Assembly (NCBI RefSeq): GCF_036321535.1
Contig: NC_087436.1
Location: 54,438,001-54,502,000, forward strand
Reading direction: 5' to 3'
DNA length: 64,000 nt
Source of the DNA: Camelus dromedarius
Taxonomy: Eukaryota
Shown: positions 27,576-40,297 of the stretch, piece after piece
How positions within the stretch are numbered: position 1 is the first letter of the stretch
Layout: each line of letters starts with the position of its first letter
Program-made: the position numbers and the translations under genes
The notes under the pieces: model-generated
Seen by the model: the letters and a program-made list of their open reading frames with translations, nothing else
The model's database searches: none
Told to the model about the DNA's origin: nothing

Positions 27576-27728
27576 CTTTAGGATTTGAGAAAATGGACAC
27601 TGCAGTTCCCTGTAACTTCCTTGACCCTGCTGTGCCATGCAATTTGCTTGTACTCTCAATCCAATTTTGAACATGACATTGTGGAAAACAAAAGATGACA
27701 GCAGTTCATCCAAAATGTGGTGTTGTCA
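27576..27728 (-). pseudogene. Candidate pseudo-exon resembling the middle of a second S1-like domain
   Basis: 153 nt, tttttgtcag acceptor and AAG|gtacaa donor; reads *QHHILDELLSSFVFHNVMFKIGLRVQANCMAQQGQGSYRELQCPFSQILK. Confidence 0.3.
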
Positions 27729-28417
27729 CTGACAAAAAGTTAAACCTGTTCTTGAGAAGAGGGAAGCAAAGCACATTTACCTGTCTTGACCAAAATTTCA
27801 AAATAAAAAGGCTTGAGAAAACTAGAATACTAAAAAATGTATTCCTCATCTGTTAATTGTGCCTTTCAAGTGACAGTATTGAACATCACTGCACTCCTCC
27901 CAAGTGAGATCAGCTTAATTGAAAAATACATTATATTATGTCCAGGGTTCCCAGTCTCTTAAATGTCAAATTTAACCCAGACAGTCTCACAAGTGATTAG
28001 AGCCATGTGATGTTTGCTTTCCTTCTGATTCTTTGAATTTGGTATTAAAAGGTAGGACATGGCAGCAAGTTGTGGGTCAAATAATACACATTTCTCTGGC
28101 ACCATATCCAGTTTGTCAGAGAAAATGATTCATTTGTGGAATGTTTGTTTCTTTTAAGGTGCTTATTTGCTTGACTGGGGACTGTAGAAAAGTAAGTCTT
28201 TTGTCGAAACCAGTGACACAGGATAGATGGAATGCTTATTTTCTTCATGAGTTCTTGTGACAATTTGTATTTTATTTTCTTTGAAAAAGAAAGGGACTAA
28301 CGTATTCTGATGCCTTAATTTGTTCTAGATGCTTTAAAAACATTTATGTCATTTTATTATGAAAACAAATATCTGAGTCAGGTGCTTCTCTTAAATAAAG
28401 TTTACACATGCCATATT

Positions 28418-28610
28418 TTTTCCCATTTAAATATATTTTTATTGAAGTATAGACAGTTTACAATGTTGTGTCAATTTCTGGTGTACAGCACAATGCTTCA
28501 GTCATAAATGAACATACATATATTCGTTTTCATATTCTTTTTCATCATAAGTTACTACAAGATATTGAATATAATTCCCTGTGCTATACAGTGTAAGCTT
28601 GTTGCATATC
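28418..28610 (-). mobile_element. 5'-truncated L1 3' end with perfect 15-bp TSD
   Basis: TSD tacacatgccatatt at 28403-28417 and 28611-28625; body ttattgaagtatag...ccctgtgctatacag. Confidence 0.9.
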
Positions 28611-31600
28611 TACACATGCCATATTAAAATGAAAGATTTTACTAAAGTTGTATTTCAAGAGTGTCTGAAAGTCAAAAGATCAAAGGTCACATCAAATGAA
28701 CATCACGTTCTCTTTTATTCTCTTGAATCATAGATTAGAAAGACATGGATTTGGTATATCATTTCAAGTCTAGATTTTCAGATTTTAAAATCCTTGAGAT
28801 TGGAAACACTGAAAAACTTTTTAAAGATATTCATCAACGATGTTTGAGGCAAATTCAGTATATCTCATTTCTTAGTGATTCTATTTTGTGTGGCCCAGTT
28901 TCAGCCTACAAGTTTTGTTAGAACAGAAAATGCAGCTGAAAATAAGGTGAATTTTACCAAAATTAACTGTGGAATAGAGGGAACCATTTCAAATTCTCTT
29001 GTATCAGACATTCTTGAAACAAGTTCTCATTGGAAAAGATATATTAATGTAACACAAACTTTAATCACTGCTAGATAGATATGCTTATAGAAGTCCACTG
29101 AGTTAAGTTCCATTAAAAAAAAAAAAGAGGTAAAGAAATTTTACATTAACTTAATAAATATATCTATCTGGGTGAATGATCTCATAACTGTACGTTTAAT
29201 GTTGTTGCAAATAAGTCATTTAAAGTAACTTAGAGAGCTAAAGAGTTAAATGGTTACATGTTGAGATTACATATTTAGATAGAGTTACGGAATGAATGAA
29301 GAAAACGCTTCTACTGTCCTATGATATACAGATAAGCACAGGTGGCTTAGAATAAAATTTACTGTGATAGTATCAAAATTTGTTTAACAACTGATTGTAT
29401 GTTAAATTACATAAGCTATTATGTGACTAAAAAAAGTGATTATCCAGTGAGAAAGCTGTTAATGTCTGAAATGTATGTAAAGAGTTTTAAAATAAAACTG
29501 TTTCATAAAATAGGAGAGCAGAACCAAAGAAATTCTCCATTAGTAATTTAAATAGCCCCAGTAGAGAATTGAGATAATTTTGGCAGTGTCTTTAAAAGCT
29601 TATGTATTCAAATCAAACAACTTCCTCTTTTAAAACTGTATCATTAAAATTTTTATTAGACTGTAAGCGTCATGAGGTTGTGTTCTAGTGTTTCTGGCAC
29701 ATAACAGGCATTCAGTAAATATCCATTGAATAATGAGTGCAGTGAGAGTGATTTTTATCAGTTCTAATGAAAATGATGCAATTGCATGATTGACTAATTC
29801 ATTCATTCATGAAATAATCATTGCTAAACTGGTCCAAGCATTTTTCAAAGTGATAAATATTGCATTGATTCTGAGGAGTTCTGTTGTTGTTTTGAATTTA
29901 TTTGGCAGTTACTCTCTGAGGTTTAATTTTATCTTCCTTTGTTTTGATTATTTTATTATTTTCTAAAATGTCAATTGATATCTTCCAGTGTGACCTAAGG
30001 TATATATTATCACATGGAGAAAGAGATAATATACACAATATGAGTTTTCTTATATTTTGTTTATTGTGCAATATTTTCATTTTTAAGTTGATCAATATAG
30101 AAACAGAATTGAAGTTATATCTACATTCCTTGTTAATAACTGTTCCTAAGTAAAATTATTTTGTTACATTCAGTAAACTGCTGTAAGATCTCCATGAAAA
30201 CAACTTATCTATTGCTTTGATTTTTCTAAAAAATGTTTTAATATTAAAATGTAAATAAAATGGTTTCACTTCTTTGATTCTGAGAAATTGATATAATTTA
30301 ATATTTCTATGCATTTGGTTATACAAACTATTTATAGATTAAAATCATAAGTATATCAAAATATCAAAATTGTATCAAAAATATGTATTTTTATATTTTT
30401 GCCAAATGCTACTTAAAAAATGCTATTAATTTTTTCCTAAATACTAAACATATTATAAAATATGTGATATTAAAGACATTAATATGTTTTATTTTTCATA
30501 AGCATTTTTGTTGGTATATCCTAGATGTATTATATTAGAAAATGTTATTATATCAGAAAATAATGTATTATGGTACAGCATCCTGCTCTTATTTTTATAC
30601 TGAAGTACTGTTTACATTTCCCTAAAAATACTCTGCAAGTAGGTACCAATTCAGTATCTATGGATCTATTTATGTTGAGCAATAAAAGTCACAGGCAAGT
30701 TACTTTCATTTGTCATTATTGACAATAAAATAATTTGGAGAGGAAACAGGGTTATGGTTTATTGTTTAGAGCGTAGGTAAGTTAAATACCAAATAAAGTC
30801 AAGTTATGGTACGATTTTATGAAAGATATTGGTTCCTATGAGTCAATATATGTGTAACATCCTTGTTCTTGAAAACTGAAATTTTTGCATATGCATTGCA
30901 AGGACTCAGGATCATAAAAATGTCATTTTGTTGACACATAATAAGTAAGGCATAGAGTCATATTAGGCAATTAGAATTTATTCCCAAATTATGAGTAAAT
31001 ATCAGTACTAATTCATTTTATTAGAGTTTTTACTCTTATTATGAACATTAACTGATATTTAGTCTTCATTGTATCTTGCAAGTTCATCGTTCTAAAATAT
31101 TAGCTATCTATTTTACTTTTTCCATGTCAATGGGAAACTCAGGAAAAAAAAAAACCATAAGCATATTAAAGTTTCTATGTAATTTCAGTAAACCTAAAAA
31201 CAACAACAAAAAAATGCTATTATTTAAACCTAATAGTGATTTTAAGAATGGAATGAGATTTATTGTCATAAAATTATGACAGTTTTGATTAACCTTTTTT
31301 GATGAAAATACTAAAATGTCAATAAGGAAAAATAGATTTTGTTGCTCTTAAATGGCTAGATAAAAGTATTTTATCTATTTTAATGTTTATCTCCTTTAAA
31401 TATAGATAAAATTGTGTGATATTTGTTAATATATTCTGATTTGGTGATATGCTTTTACATATAATGGAAAGCATCTGTTATTCAAGATAGACTTCTGATC
31501 TGTTTCTGTTCTTTTATTAAAACATTTCATCTATCTTTTTTTTATTTCTATTATAAATTGAGGAATAGGAAGGAAAAAAATAGTCTACTTTTCTCATAGC

Positions 31601-34600
31601 CCATAGCCTCGCACTGTCAGAAATGTCACAGGTTAATGGTATGGCTCAGCTCCATTTATCTTATTCTGACAACTCAACCAACCTAGCACAATCTAGCAAA
31701 AACATTCTTCCTAGACCAGGTGACATTTTCGGCCTTTGTTCCTTTAATATGGTGGCTGTGAGAGCATTTAGTGTGCAGTAACTTTGTACAGAAACTTTCT
31801 GCTCTAGATTTCTCCAGTATTCAATCAAGGACAAGAGTTTTTAGAATTTAACGATGATTTATCAAATATAAATATAGAGAGTACTCTTTTACTTTCAACT
31901 AACCTAAAGATTATCTAGAAACAATTGACAGCTTTAAAATTTTTATGGTCTAAGAGCTGTAAAAAAAAATACTGAATATATTTTTAATTCCCTAACTTTT
32001 TGCTTGCATAACCTTAGTTATTTTTTAATACTAAAAATCTAGATTTAGCATCAGGATTGATATGAAATCTTGGAAACATTGCCCAGGTCACTTGGTAAAT
32101 GAGTCTGAGTATCTTTGAGAGGAATATTTCTCACTGTGTTGATGGAAATTTAAACAAGTTATGACACTTGAATATTTCTAAAGCCATTTCTTTGTCCTGA
32201 ATTTGATATTGAATAATATCATGCCTTCTCTGTCAAGGAAATAATCATATTAAAATAGTGACTCAGTAATACTTTTCCTCTCTATTTTTGATTTCTTAGA
32301 TTCAATAAGATACATTTTCCCACTATCGTAAAAAATCAATTAAAAAAAGGCAAGCAATGTTTTGGTTTTAGGAATAACATATAGATGAATATGTGTGTAT
32401 ATATGTATTGCTGTCATTTTTAGAATAGTTTTTATATTTTTCAAATAAATTAAGAATGTAGTCTGAAAAGTCTTTGCCTCTTGTCTGATAATAAGACCAT
32501 AAACAGTCTATATTATGCATTCATTGTTTTTATACAGTCAATTTTATAAATGTTTCATGTTTAGTTTTTCTTAGTGACTATGTAGTCTGTTACCTCTGGA
32601 GACTCTATTTTTAAAATCAAGTTCATTATGTTATTTTTTTTCATGTATTTTGTAAGATTTTTTAGGATTAATAAAACAAATATGATTAGTCACCTTTGAG
32701 TTTGGATAAGACATCCTCTAATAGAGCACTCTTTCATAACTATAATATTTTATAATATGCTTAATTATTTTGATATTTCTGCCTTCTATCCAATAGTTTT
32801 ATAGGGAAAGCTAATATTTATTTCTGCAGAAGAACTAATGTGTTTTATTTATATCTAATCTGAATTTCAGATTAGTGTTCTGATGAAATGCATGAGCAAG
32901 ATGTAATTGTAAGTTAAATGTGTACATAAAGAGTAAGAGATGCTAGAGGAGTTATTTAACAATGTAAAATTGTAATTAACAGTGAAAAATCAGAAGAATA
33001 TAATATTGGGCCAAGAAGTAGAGTCAGTTTTCAACATATTTTATGGTAATTTATGTTGGTAAAAAAAATTGAATTGCAGCTAATAGTTCTTTAACATAAT
33101 GAATGCTGTATGACAATAGCTAAAGTTGCTTCAGATATTCTACTGAGACTGATTGTTGTGTAGTAAAATAACCACAATTATTTTATTTCAGGATTAATGT
33201 AACTCTAAGAGATAAGCAAGTCAATTCAAATAGACTCCTTGGCTTTTTCTGCTTTTGGTGAATCTAAGCATTTTGTAGTTCTGCAGCAAAATTTGCATAT
33301 CACACTGCATCATCTTTTTTGTGTTTTTGGAATTAGCCAATGAGTTCTGTTATTATTTTGCATTGATAAATTGAATTAGTTTTGTCTGGAAAGTGTTAAC
33401 ATATTTATATGGGTTATAGACTAACAGCTGGTGCTTAATGTGTAGATAATTATTAATTTATTTCACAACAACTCAATTAATGTCAGGGAAGATTGATTCA
33501 TTGTCTGATTAACAGTTTGGTATTGTCTATGGATTAATGGGCACATCAGCCTCACATAGAGCTTTCCAAAGTTTGTGTGCTTTCACAAATTGTTTCACTT
33601 ACAAAATGTCCTTTTGTTTTGGTCATGTTAGTGATGATTCCCATCTTGTTTATTTGGCGTCCTAATTTCTTTCATTCTGTTATGCTTGTCATATTTCAAA
33701 TGTTGCTGCTACTCTCAGATCTTCTAGATGAAATTATTTCGTAACCAAATGTATTTGTATTCTTTTCAAGGTTACTGTTCCTTGTAATCCTCCTCCTGTT
33801 TCAGACATTCATTCAACCAATTTTCATGGAACACCTACTTGGTGCAAATTAATGAGCTCATGAATTTACTGTATTGGCTTAAATCACTCTTAGATTTTTT
33901 TTTTTTTCTGTCACTGACATTCTTAGGCTGTATGTTCAAGATACACAACTAAATAAATGTTGAAACAAAGCCACTGTTTCCTATTACCTGTATCTTATTT
34001 TGATTCTCAAGGACACCCCTGGAGTTCTCTATTGAATTTTCTATAGCATATAAGTTTTTTTAAACCCAGTTTTTTTAATCTCAGCATTTATCAGCAGTGT
34101 TCAAGTAGCAAAAATGGTAAAAACAACAACCAAAAAACTTTTTCTTTCATTATTAATGAATTGTTGATTCTGTGTACCCTTTGCTCAGATTTATTACTAA
34201 TGCTACCTTCACAGAATATTTTGCTTTCTTATCTAAAATTTGCATTTTAAAATAATTATTTAGCTCTTTCAATAGCATTCGTTTTGATGGTTTTCAAGTT
34301 TTCTTATTGTTATTTTTGCTATTACTATTATGGCCTTCTGACCCTAAATTTATTTTTCTAATCCCTTTACACCCTGTCCTACACAGATTTAAGGTGGTTA
34401 GTGTACTGATGTGTAAATTTGGGAGATCAAAATCAGGTAACATTGGATATTTAAAGATATAAATGTCTAGTCAGAGACAAAGTATTTCTAGTCTTTGCTT
34501 TGGAAAGCTTGGTATGAGATTTCTTCTTTAAGAAATGATGAACAATTGGAGGTGCTACCCAACAAAATGCAATTTGTCAGCAAGTGATTAATCTGGAGGC

Positions 34601-34995
34601 AATCTGACCATGAGTGAAAATATTGTAAAATGGACTGTTATTTTACATACTAAGAACAGAAAGTGTACTACCGGTTTAACTGTGGTCCTTAAATAATTTG
34701 TTGACTAAGGCATTTCAATTATCCAGTCATGACCCTAGGAGTAATAGCCAAGTTCATGTACGTACAGACATTAATGACTGAATTTTGATATCTAACAGTT
34801 ATTGTAAGATAAATCCATATTAGCTTATGCCATTCACCTCTACATGATGCAATGACAAAAATTCTGATTGGAATCATTTTACTTTAGTTATAAAAGACCC
34901 TGTTTATTATAACCAAATTCATTCAAGGATATGCCAGTATTGTTATCATTTTCCCCATTAAAAGGTAACAAGCTGCCTTTTCTAAGGTGTTTACT

Positions 34996-35392
34996 GTATA
35001 AGTTTACTTGGATGCCATGACAAAATACTAGAGATTGCATGACTTAAAAAACAGAAATTTATTTTCTCACAGTTCTGGAGGTTAGAAGTCCCAGATCAAG
35101 TTTCCAGTCAGTTTGCATTCTGGTGAGAGCTCTCTTCCTGGTTTGCAGATGGCCACCTTCTCCCTGCATTCTCACATGGCCTTGTCATCCTGTGTGCAAG
35201 TGGAGATAAAGGGCATGACTTCTCTCTCTTCCTCTTCTTAGAAAGATATCAGTCCTAGGGTATCTATGGCCCCACCCCTGTGACTTCATTTAATCTTAAT
35301 TACCTCCTAATGCCTCTGTCTCTGAAGATAATCACATTAGGCATTACGGTTTCAAAACACAAATTGGAGGAGGTCATGATTCAGTCCGTAGT
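34996..35392 (-). mobile_element. MLT1A/B-like LTR
   Basis: aacagaaatttattttctcacagttctggaggttagaagtcc...gacttcatttaatcttaattacctc. Confidence 0.8.
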
Positions 35393-35759
35393 ACCTATAG
35401 TACCTTGTCTTTATTCATCTGAAATGGACTTCTCCCCTTACTTCCCCATAATTACTCTAGTAACTACATTTTAAATCCCATCTTTAGTGGAAAAAAAAAA
35501 TCTGCCCTTAAATTAGTCACTATAAGTACTTTTTGAGACTAGAAAGGGTATCTTTTAAGTCTTGCAATGAGCTGACTAAATAGGGAAAAGCTTTCTGGAA
35601 ATAGAATCTGAAACTAAAATATTGGGCCCTTGTCTTTCCTCACTCATTAGATTTTCATAGCACTGCATAATCATAAATTAGTGCTAAAAGATAATTTCTT
35701 CGTAAATTCAGCCAAGTATATCACAAAGAAGGAAGGGGGTTTCCTGCAACTTCTACAAC

Positions 35760-36145
35760 TCTTCATTTGACAAATATTTATCAAGATTCTTTTATATTCC
35801 AATTATCATTCTAAGCACTGAGAATATGACTTAAAAACCTGTCTTTACAGAGCTTAAAGTCCAGTGGGGGAAATAGGAACAGGAAATTACAATAATGTGA
35901 TGCAGACTCTGATGTTAAATGTACAGGGCACTTTTGGAGTACTTGGAACAGAAGAGTGGAACTGGAGAAGGGCATGGAAGGCTTCTAGGAGTGGTTGACA
36001 GCTCATAGAGGAGAAATATTTAACCTGGAATTATGTATGCATTTGTAGGGGATACATTTTGTGTACTGAGTAGAGGACGGGGTAACATTGTTCCAGCCGA
36101 AAAACAGTATGTGAGAAGGTCCTGGAGGTGAGAAAGTGCATGAAA
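35760..36145. mobile_element. L2 fragment
   Basis: cattctaagcactgagaata...gagcttaaagtccagtgggg...ttccagccgaaaaacagtatgtg; boundaries approximate. Confidence 0.5.
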
Positions 36146-36269
36146 ATCATGTCAAAATATCATTTTCTTCCTGTCAGCTCTCAAACCAAAATATGTAATA
36201 GTCCTCCAGTGACTATCACATCACATATTCATTCTTCAAAATTAAAAACCCTCTATAATCGTAAGAACT

Positions 36270-36778
36270 GCATAGAGTTTGATTTTTTTTCTATTTGCAG
36301 GCTAACAAGTTAGCCTGCCGCAGGTCATGGGTGCTGGCAGAAGGCATGAGACACATGGGACAGAGACCTAGACCTTTTATTACTCGAAGCAATAGCAGTA
36401 GCAAGAACATCAGCATTTGCATCATCTCCCTAAGGCCCAATTTGTCTAGGGTGGTATGCAGAAGGCCAGGTGATGCTGGGACATACAGTGTGCTGCATTA
36501 CATGAGATGAATGCCAAATTTAGGGAATTTGAATATTTTATAAGGTGTAGTAAGTCTGCTTGAACTTTGCACAAGAAGGAGACATCATCTTTGTTGCACA
36601 GAACAGTAAACAAACTTGCCCTTTGCTCCGGAAGTATTTATTGTATCTTTCAAGGCTGTTCACTCTACATTCTTGAAAAGTTAGTTAACAAATGAAAACA
36701 GTCAGTGCCTCTGCTTGTGAAAAGTGCCTCTGCTTGTGAAAAGTGCAATAGAGAAACAGTAGAGAATTGTTTCTCAAC
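36270..36778 (-). mobile_element. ERVL-class solo LTR (MER77/LTR47-like; family name tentative)
   Basis: Minus strand begins TGTTGAGAAACAATTCTC and contains CCGGAGCAAAGGGCAAG; internal 19-bp tandem duplication at 36704-36741. Confidence 0.6.
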
Positions 36779-37498
36779 AATTTCAAGACCCTCTATGACT
36801 TTATTTTTTCTGAATATGCAGCTTTATTTTCTTTTTATTCTCTAAAAAGTGTTCCATTTCAGCTCAGTTTCCATGTCTAGAAAACCCCCTGCCTTTCTTC
36901 TTCTTAGCTGTAAACTACTAAAACAGCACAGTACAAACAAAGCTGCCTTTCTCTGTATGAGGAACTATGCAGAATCTCAGAGTTTTCCATCCTTACAGGG
37001 TAACATGTTAGCCTGTTACTATATCACGAATGCTGGGAAGACATGAGGCTCATTGGTCAGCAACAAAGGACTTTACCACTCACAGCAAAAGCAAAAGCAG
37101 TAGCCAGAGCTTCATGTTTGTTTTTGTTGGTTCTCATGTTCACCATGTACCATGGAGATAAGCTTGCCAAATTTAGCAACCAAAAAAAAAAAAGTGAAAT
37201 TTGAATTCTAGTTAAGTATTTTATCATTGTACATATGTACAATCAATATTTGAGACATGAAAGAAGTCCATTGTTTATCTAATATTCAGGTTTAACTAGA
37301 CATCCTGTATTTTGACTAACAGCTATACATGGGGGCTGTAGAGGGCCCATGATGGATGTCTGCATGGATTGTGGGCTGTGTTACAGGTTGGAGGAGAGAG
37401 AACCACCACTTGGGAGATATACTGCTTTTGTAGTGAGTGGAAATAAGGCTGGCTGTTCTTTGAAAAGAGATGTTACTTCATCCCTCAGTGTTGCTCAC

Positions 37499-37642
37499 TT
37501 GAAAACAAAACAAGGCAAATCAACCCTGTAAAATGGACTGGACCAGGGGAAGAAAGACCAGGACCTTGCGTTCTTTACTACAGAGCAAGAGTGTGCAGGA
37601 ATCCTTGGGCTGCGTGGTGGGTTGTCTTCAGCATTCTGAAAC
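37499..37642 (-). pseudogene. Candidate pseudo-exon with zymogen/N-terminal protease-like motifs
   Basis: gttgcag acceptor and AA|gtgagc donor; frames give VSEC*RQPTTQP and PRIPAHSCSVVKNARSWSFFPWSSPFYRVDLPCFVF. Confidence 0.25.
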
Positions 37643-38784
37643 CTGCAACTTAAACCAGCCTTAGGTCACATCTGGAAGACTGTACTTGGATATGGCACTA
37701 TAATTTTCATATCTTTAGTATTTATTTAGTTCAGCCTAACTTTGTCTTTCGTTTTGGTGAGGCCAGAGAACATGCCCTACTTTTTTTTTTTTTTTAATAT
37801 TTCACAACATCTTTTATAATGTGTATACATAGATGCTACTTAACAAAAATTTTTCAGATAATTAATGCCTTTGGGATGAATAGCTTTTAGCTTTTACATT
37901 TTTAGGGACAGTAGGAAACAGAATAAATTCTTTGGGAAAATACTTACCTGAATCTATTTGAAAGAAGTTTTTGTTTGTTTTTTTTTTCTTAAGCTAGGAG
38001 CAATATGTCTTGATCTATGCTCTATAATAAATAACAAATTTCCCTTTTGTGCTTTTCTGTTCCTGATTACCTAATATCTTCTTGTGTTACCCTTTCATAT
38101 ATGTTGGCATGTGCAAATGAGTAGCTTGCTCATGTTTAAAGTTGGATAGTTATGAAGTTTGGCAGGTTACCATGTTAAAGCCTCTAGATAGACTTTCAAA
38201 GTGGTGCCCAGAGACTGCTGCTCTGTATTTCATCTTGAACAAAATGAGGTTTTTCAGTTTGAATTTTGAGGTAACCAGATGCTATAAGTATCAAATACAC
38301 TTGTGTGCGCACACACACACACACGCGCGCACACACACACATACAAACACTTATTTATTTTTTCCTTCTCCCATCCACTGACCACTAGTTGAACAGAGAT
38401 AGCAATGAGGTGATGCTGTTCTTTATGCAAAAACAGATTTTTAGACAGTCTTCAGTAATTACTCTTTCATCCTCAATAGAAGAGATGTGTGCACTTTTAG
38501 GACATGTGAGAAGGAGCATCTGTGAGGATGGGAAGAAATAAGACAGTAAAAACAGATGACTCCCTACTTAGATCCTGTGTCGAGGTAATGTCGCTTTTGA
38601 ACTGATTACTGTAAATAACTTAGGAATGAATCATTAAGCTATGTTCTATGTCTCTTAAATGCATGAAGATAGAAATTTAGGCCCCACTTATAACTGACAC
38701 CACTCTGTTGATGGATGTGAAGTAACAACTCATAATAGTAAAAGGCTTACTACTAATGAGTGCCGTTGCTGCTTTTCCACTTAC

Positions 38785-38835
38785 CTAGCAACAGATGAGA
38801 ATATAAAATACACAGTAAAGCAGCCACCACAGCAT
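38785..38835 (-). pseudogene. Candidate first coding exon (signal-peptide-like MLWWLLYCVFYILICC, last codon TAG)
   Basis: ATG, 16 mostly hydrophobic codons, then TAG|gtaagt, one C>T away from a perfect CAG|gtaagt donor. Confidence 0.3.
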
Positions 38836-39084
38836 GAGTCCTCAAATTGATTCTAGCAAGAAAGCTCCTCTAGTGAATGCAAACCACTTGATTAAGAAGA
38901 AAACAGCATTCTACTGAAAAACACCGTGCATCCTGTAATCATGTGCTTATACTCAGGTCACTCATTTGGATGGTATTAAGATTTTATGCATGAGTTGTTC
39001 TGTGAATGAGCTGGTACCCTGGAAGGCCTTGTTTATTCAATACCCTGAAATATTTTACATTCTTAATGAGTTAAAAGAGCTTTG

Positions 39085-39590
39085 TTCCTATTTGTATTGC
39101 CCTTTGCTATCTATCAAAATATTGAAGTGTTTAATGGCTTAAAAAAATTTTTTTTCTCTCTCATGATTCTGTGGGTTGACTAGGTTCAGCTGGGTAGTTC
39201 TCCGTTGGCTTTTCCCATTTGTTGCAATAAGTTGTGAGCTAGAGCTGGTGTCATCTGAAGGCCTGACTGAGCTATAGGTCCAGGGAGGATGACTCTCATG
39301 ACTGGAAGTTGATGCTGGCTTCTCACAGCATGGTGTCTGAATTCCCAGAGGGAGTTTCTCAAGAAGAAGCATTCTAAGAGTCCCAGGCAGAGGGCTGTAC
39401 ACTTCTTATGACCTAGCTTTGGAAGGTCCGTATTATCCCTTCTGCCACATTCTGTTGGTAAAGCAAGCCAGAAAATCCCGCTGAGGTTCAAGAAAGGGGA
39501 ATGAGACTACATCTCTTGAAGGAGGAAGAGCAAGGTCACATTGCAGAAGAGCGTTTTGGATGCCCTTTGGAAAATATATTCTGCTGCAGT
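39085..39590 (-). mobile_element. MLT1F/G/H-like LTR
   Basis: ctcatgattctgtgggttgac...cttatgacctagctttggaag...gagcaaggtcacattgcagaagagc. Confidence 0.75.
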
Positions 39591-40297
39591 TCCTTAGGTC
39601 TGCTCACCTTGGTAAGCAAGTCTGGATTTGTATACTAAAGAGGACTCGCTAGCAATACTAATTAGACAAAACTGAATGATAACAGAGACCTATCTTATTC
39701 TTATAAACCATGCTAGGGTATCAACATAATCTAAACCAGATTTCCACAATTTCTAGCTTGCACGCCCTCCTCTGTTACTCTGGTGCTTTCTTAATACTCC
39801 CTGGACTGCACCTGCTGCTGGTGTCAAACTCACACTTCTCCTTTTCTAGGCTGAAGGAAACAGAAAGTACAACACTTTCTCGAACACTTAAAAGAACTTA
39901 CATGGCTCAGAGAATGGAAGGGAATAGTCTGTGTGTCTTTTTTTTTTTAATGGAATTTGTTTTTTTTTTATTTTTTTTAACATTTTTTATTGATTTATAA
40001 TCATTTTACAATGTTGTGTCAAATTCCGGTGTTCAGCACAATTTTTCAGTCATTCATCGACATATACACACTCATTGTCACATTTTTTTCTCTGTGAGTT
40101 ATCATAACATTTTGTGTATGTTTCCCTGTGCTATACAGTGTAATCTTGTTTATCTATTCTACAATTTTGAAATCCCAGTCTATCCCTTCCCACCCTCCAC
40201 CCCCCTGGTAACCACAAGTCTGTATTCTCTGTCTGTGAGTCTATTTCTGTCCTGTATTTACGCTTTGATTTTGTTTGTTTGTTTTTGTTTTTGTTTT

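Noticed and set aside
27990..28182. Further minus-strand pseudo-exon (KHHMALI resembling NDIALI)
   Set aside because: A single short motif with no consistent frame; too easy to overfit.
28159..28191. 33-nt + strand microexon (ttttaag...AAA|gtaagt)
   Set aside because: Splice-like motifs only; the peptide is unrecognised and such pairs are common in AT-rich DNA.
36704..36741. 19-bp direct repeats as a CRISPR-like or functional array
   Set aside because: Only two adjacent copies with no spacers; ordinary slippage duplication in an LTR. No prokaryotic features are present in the window.
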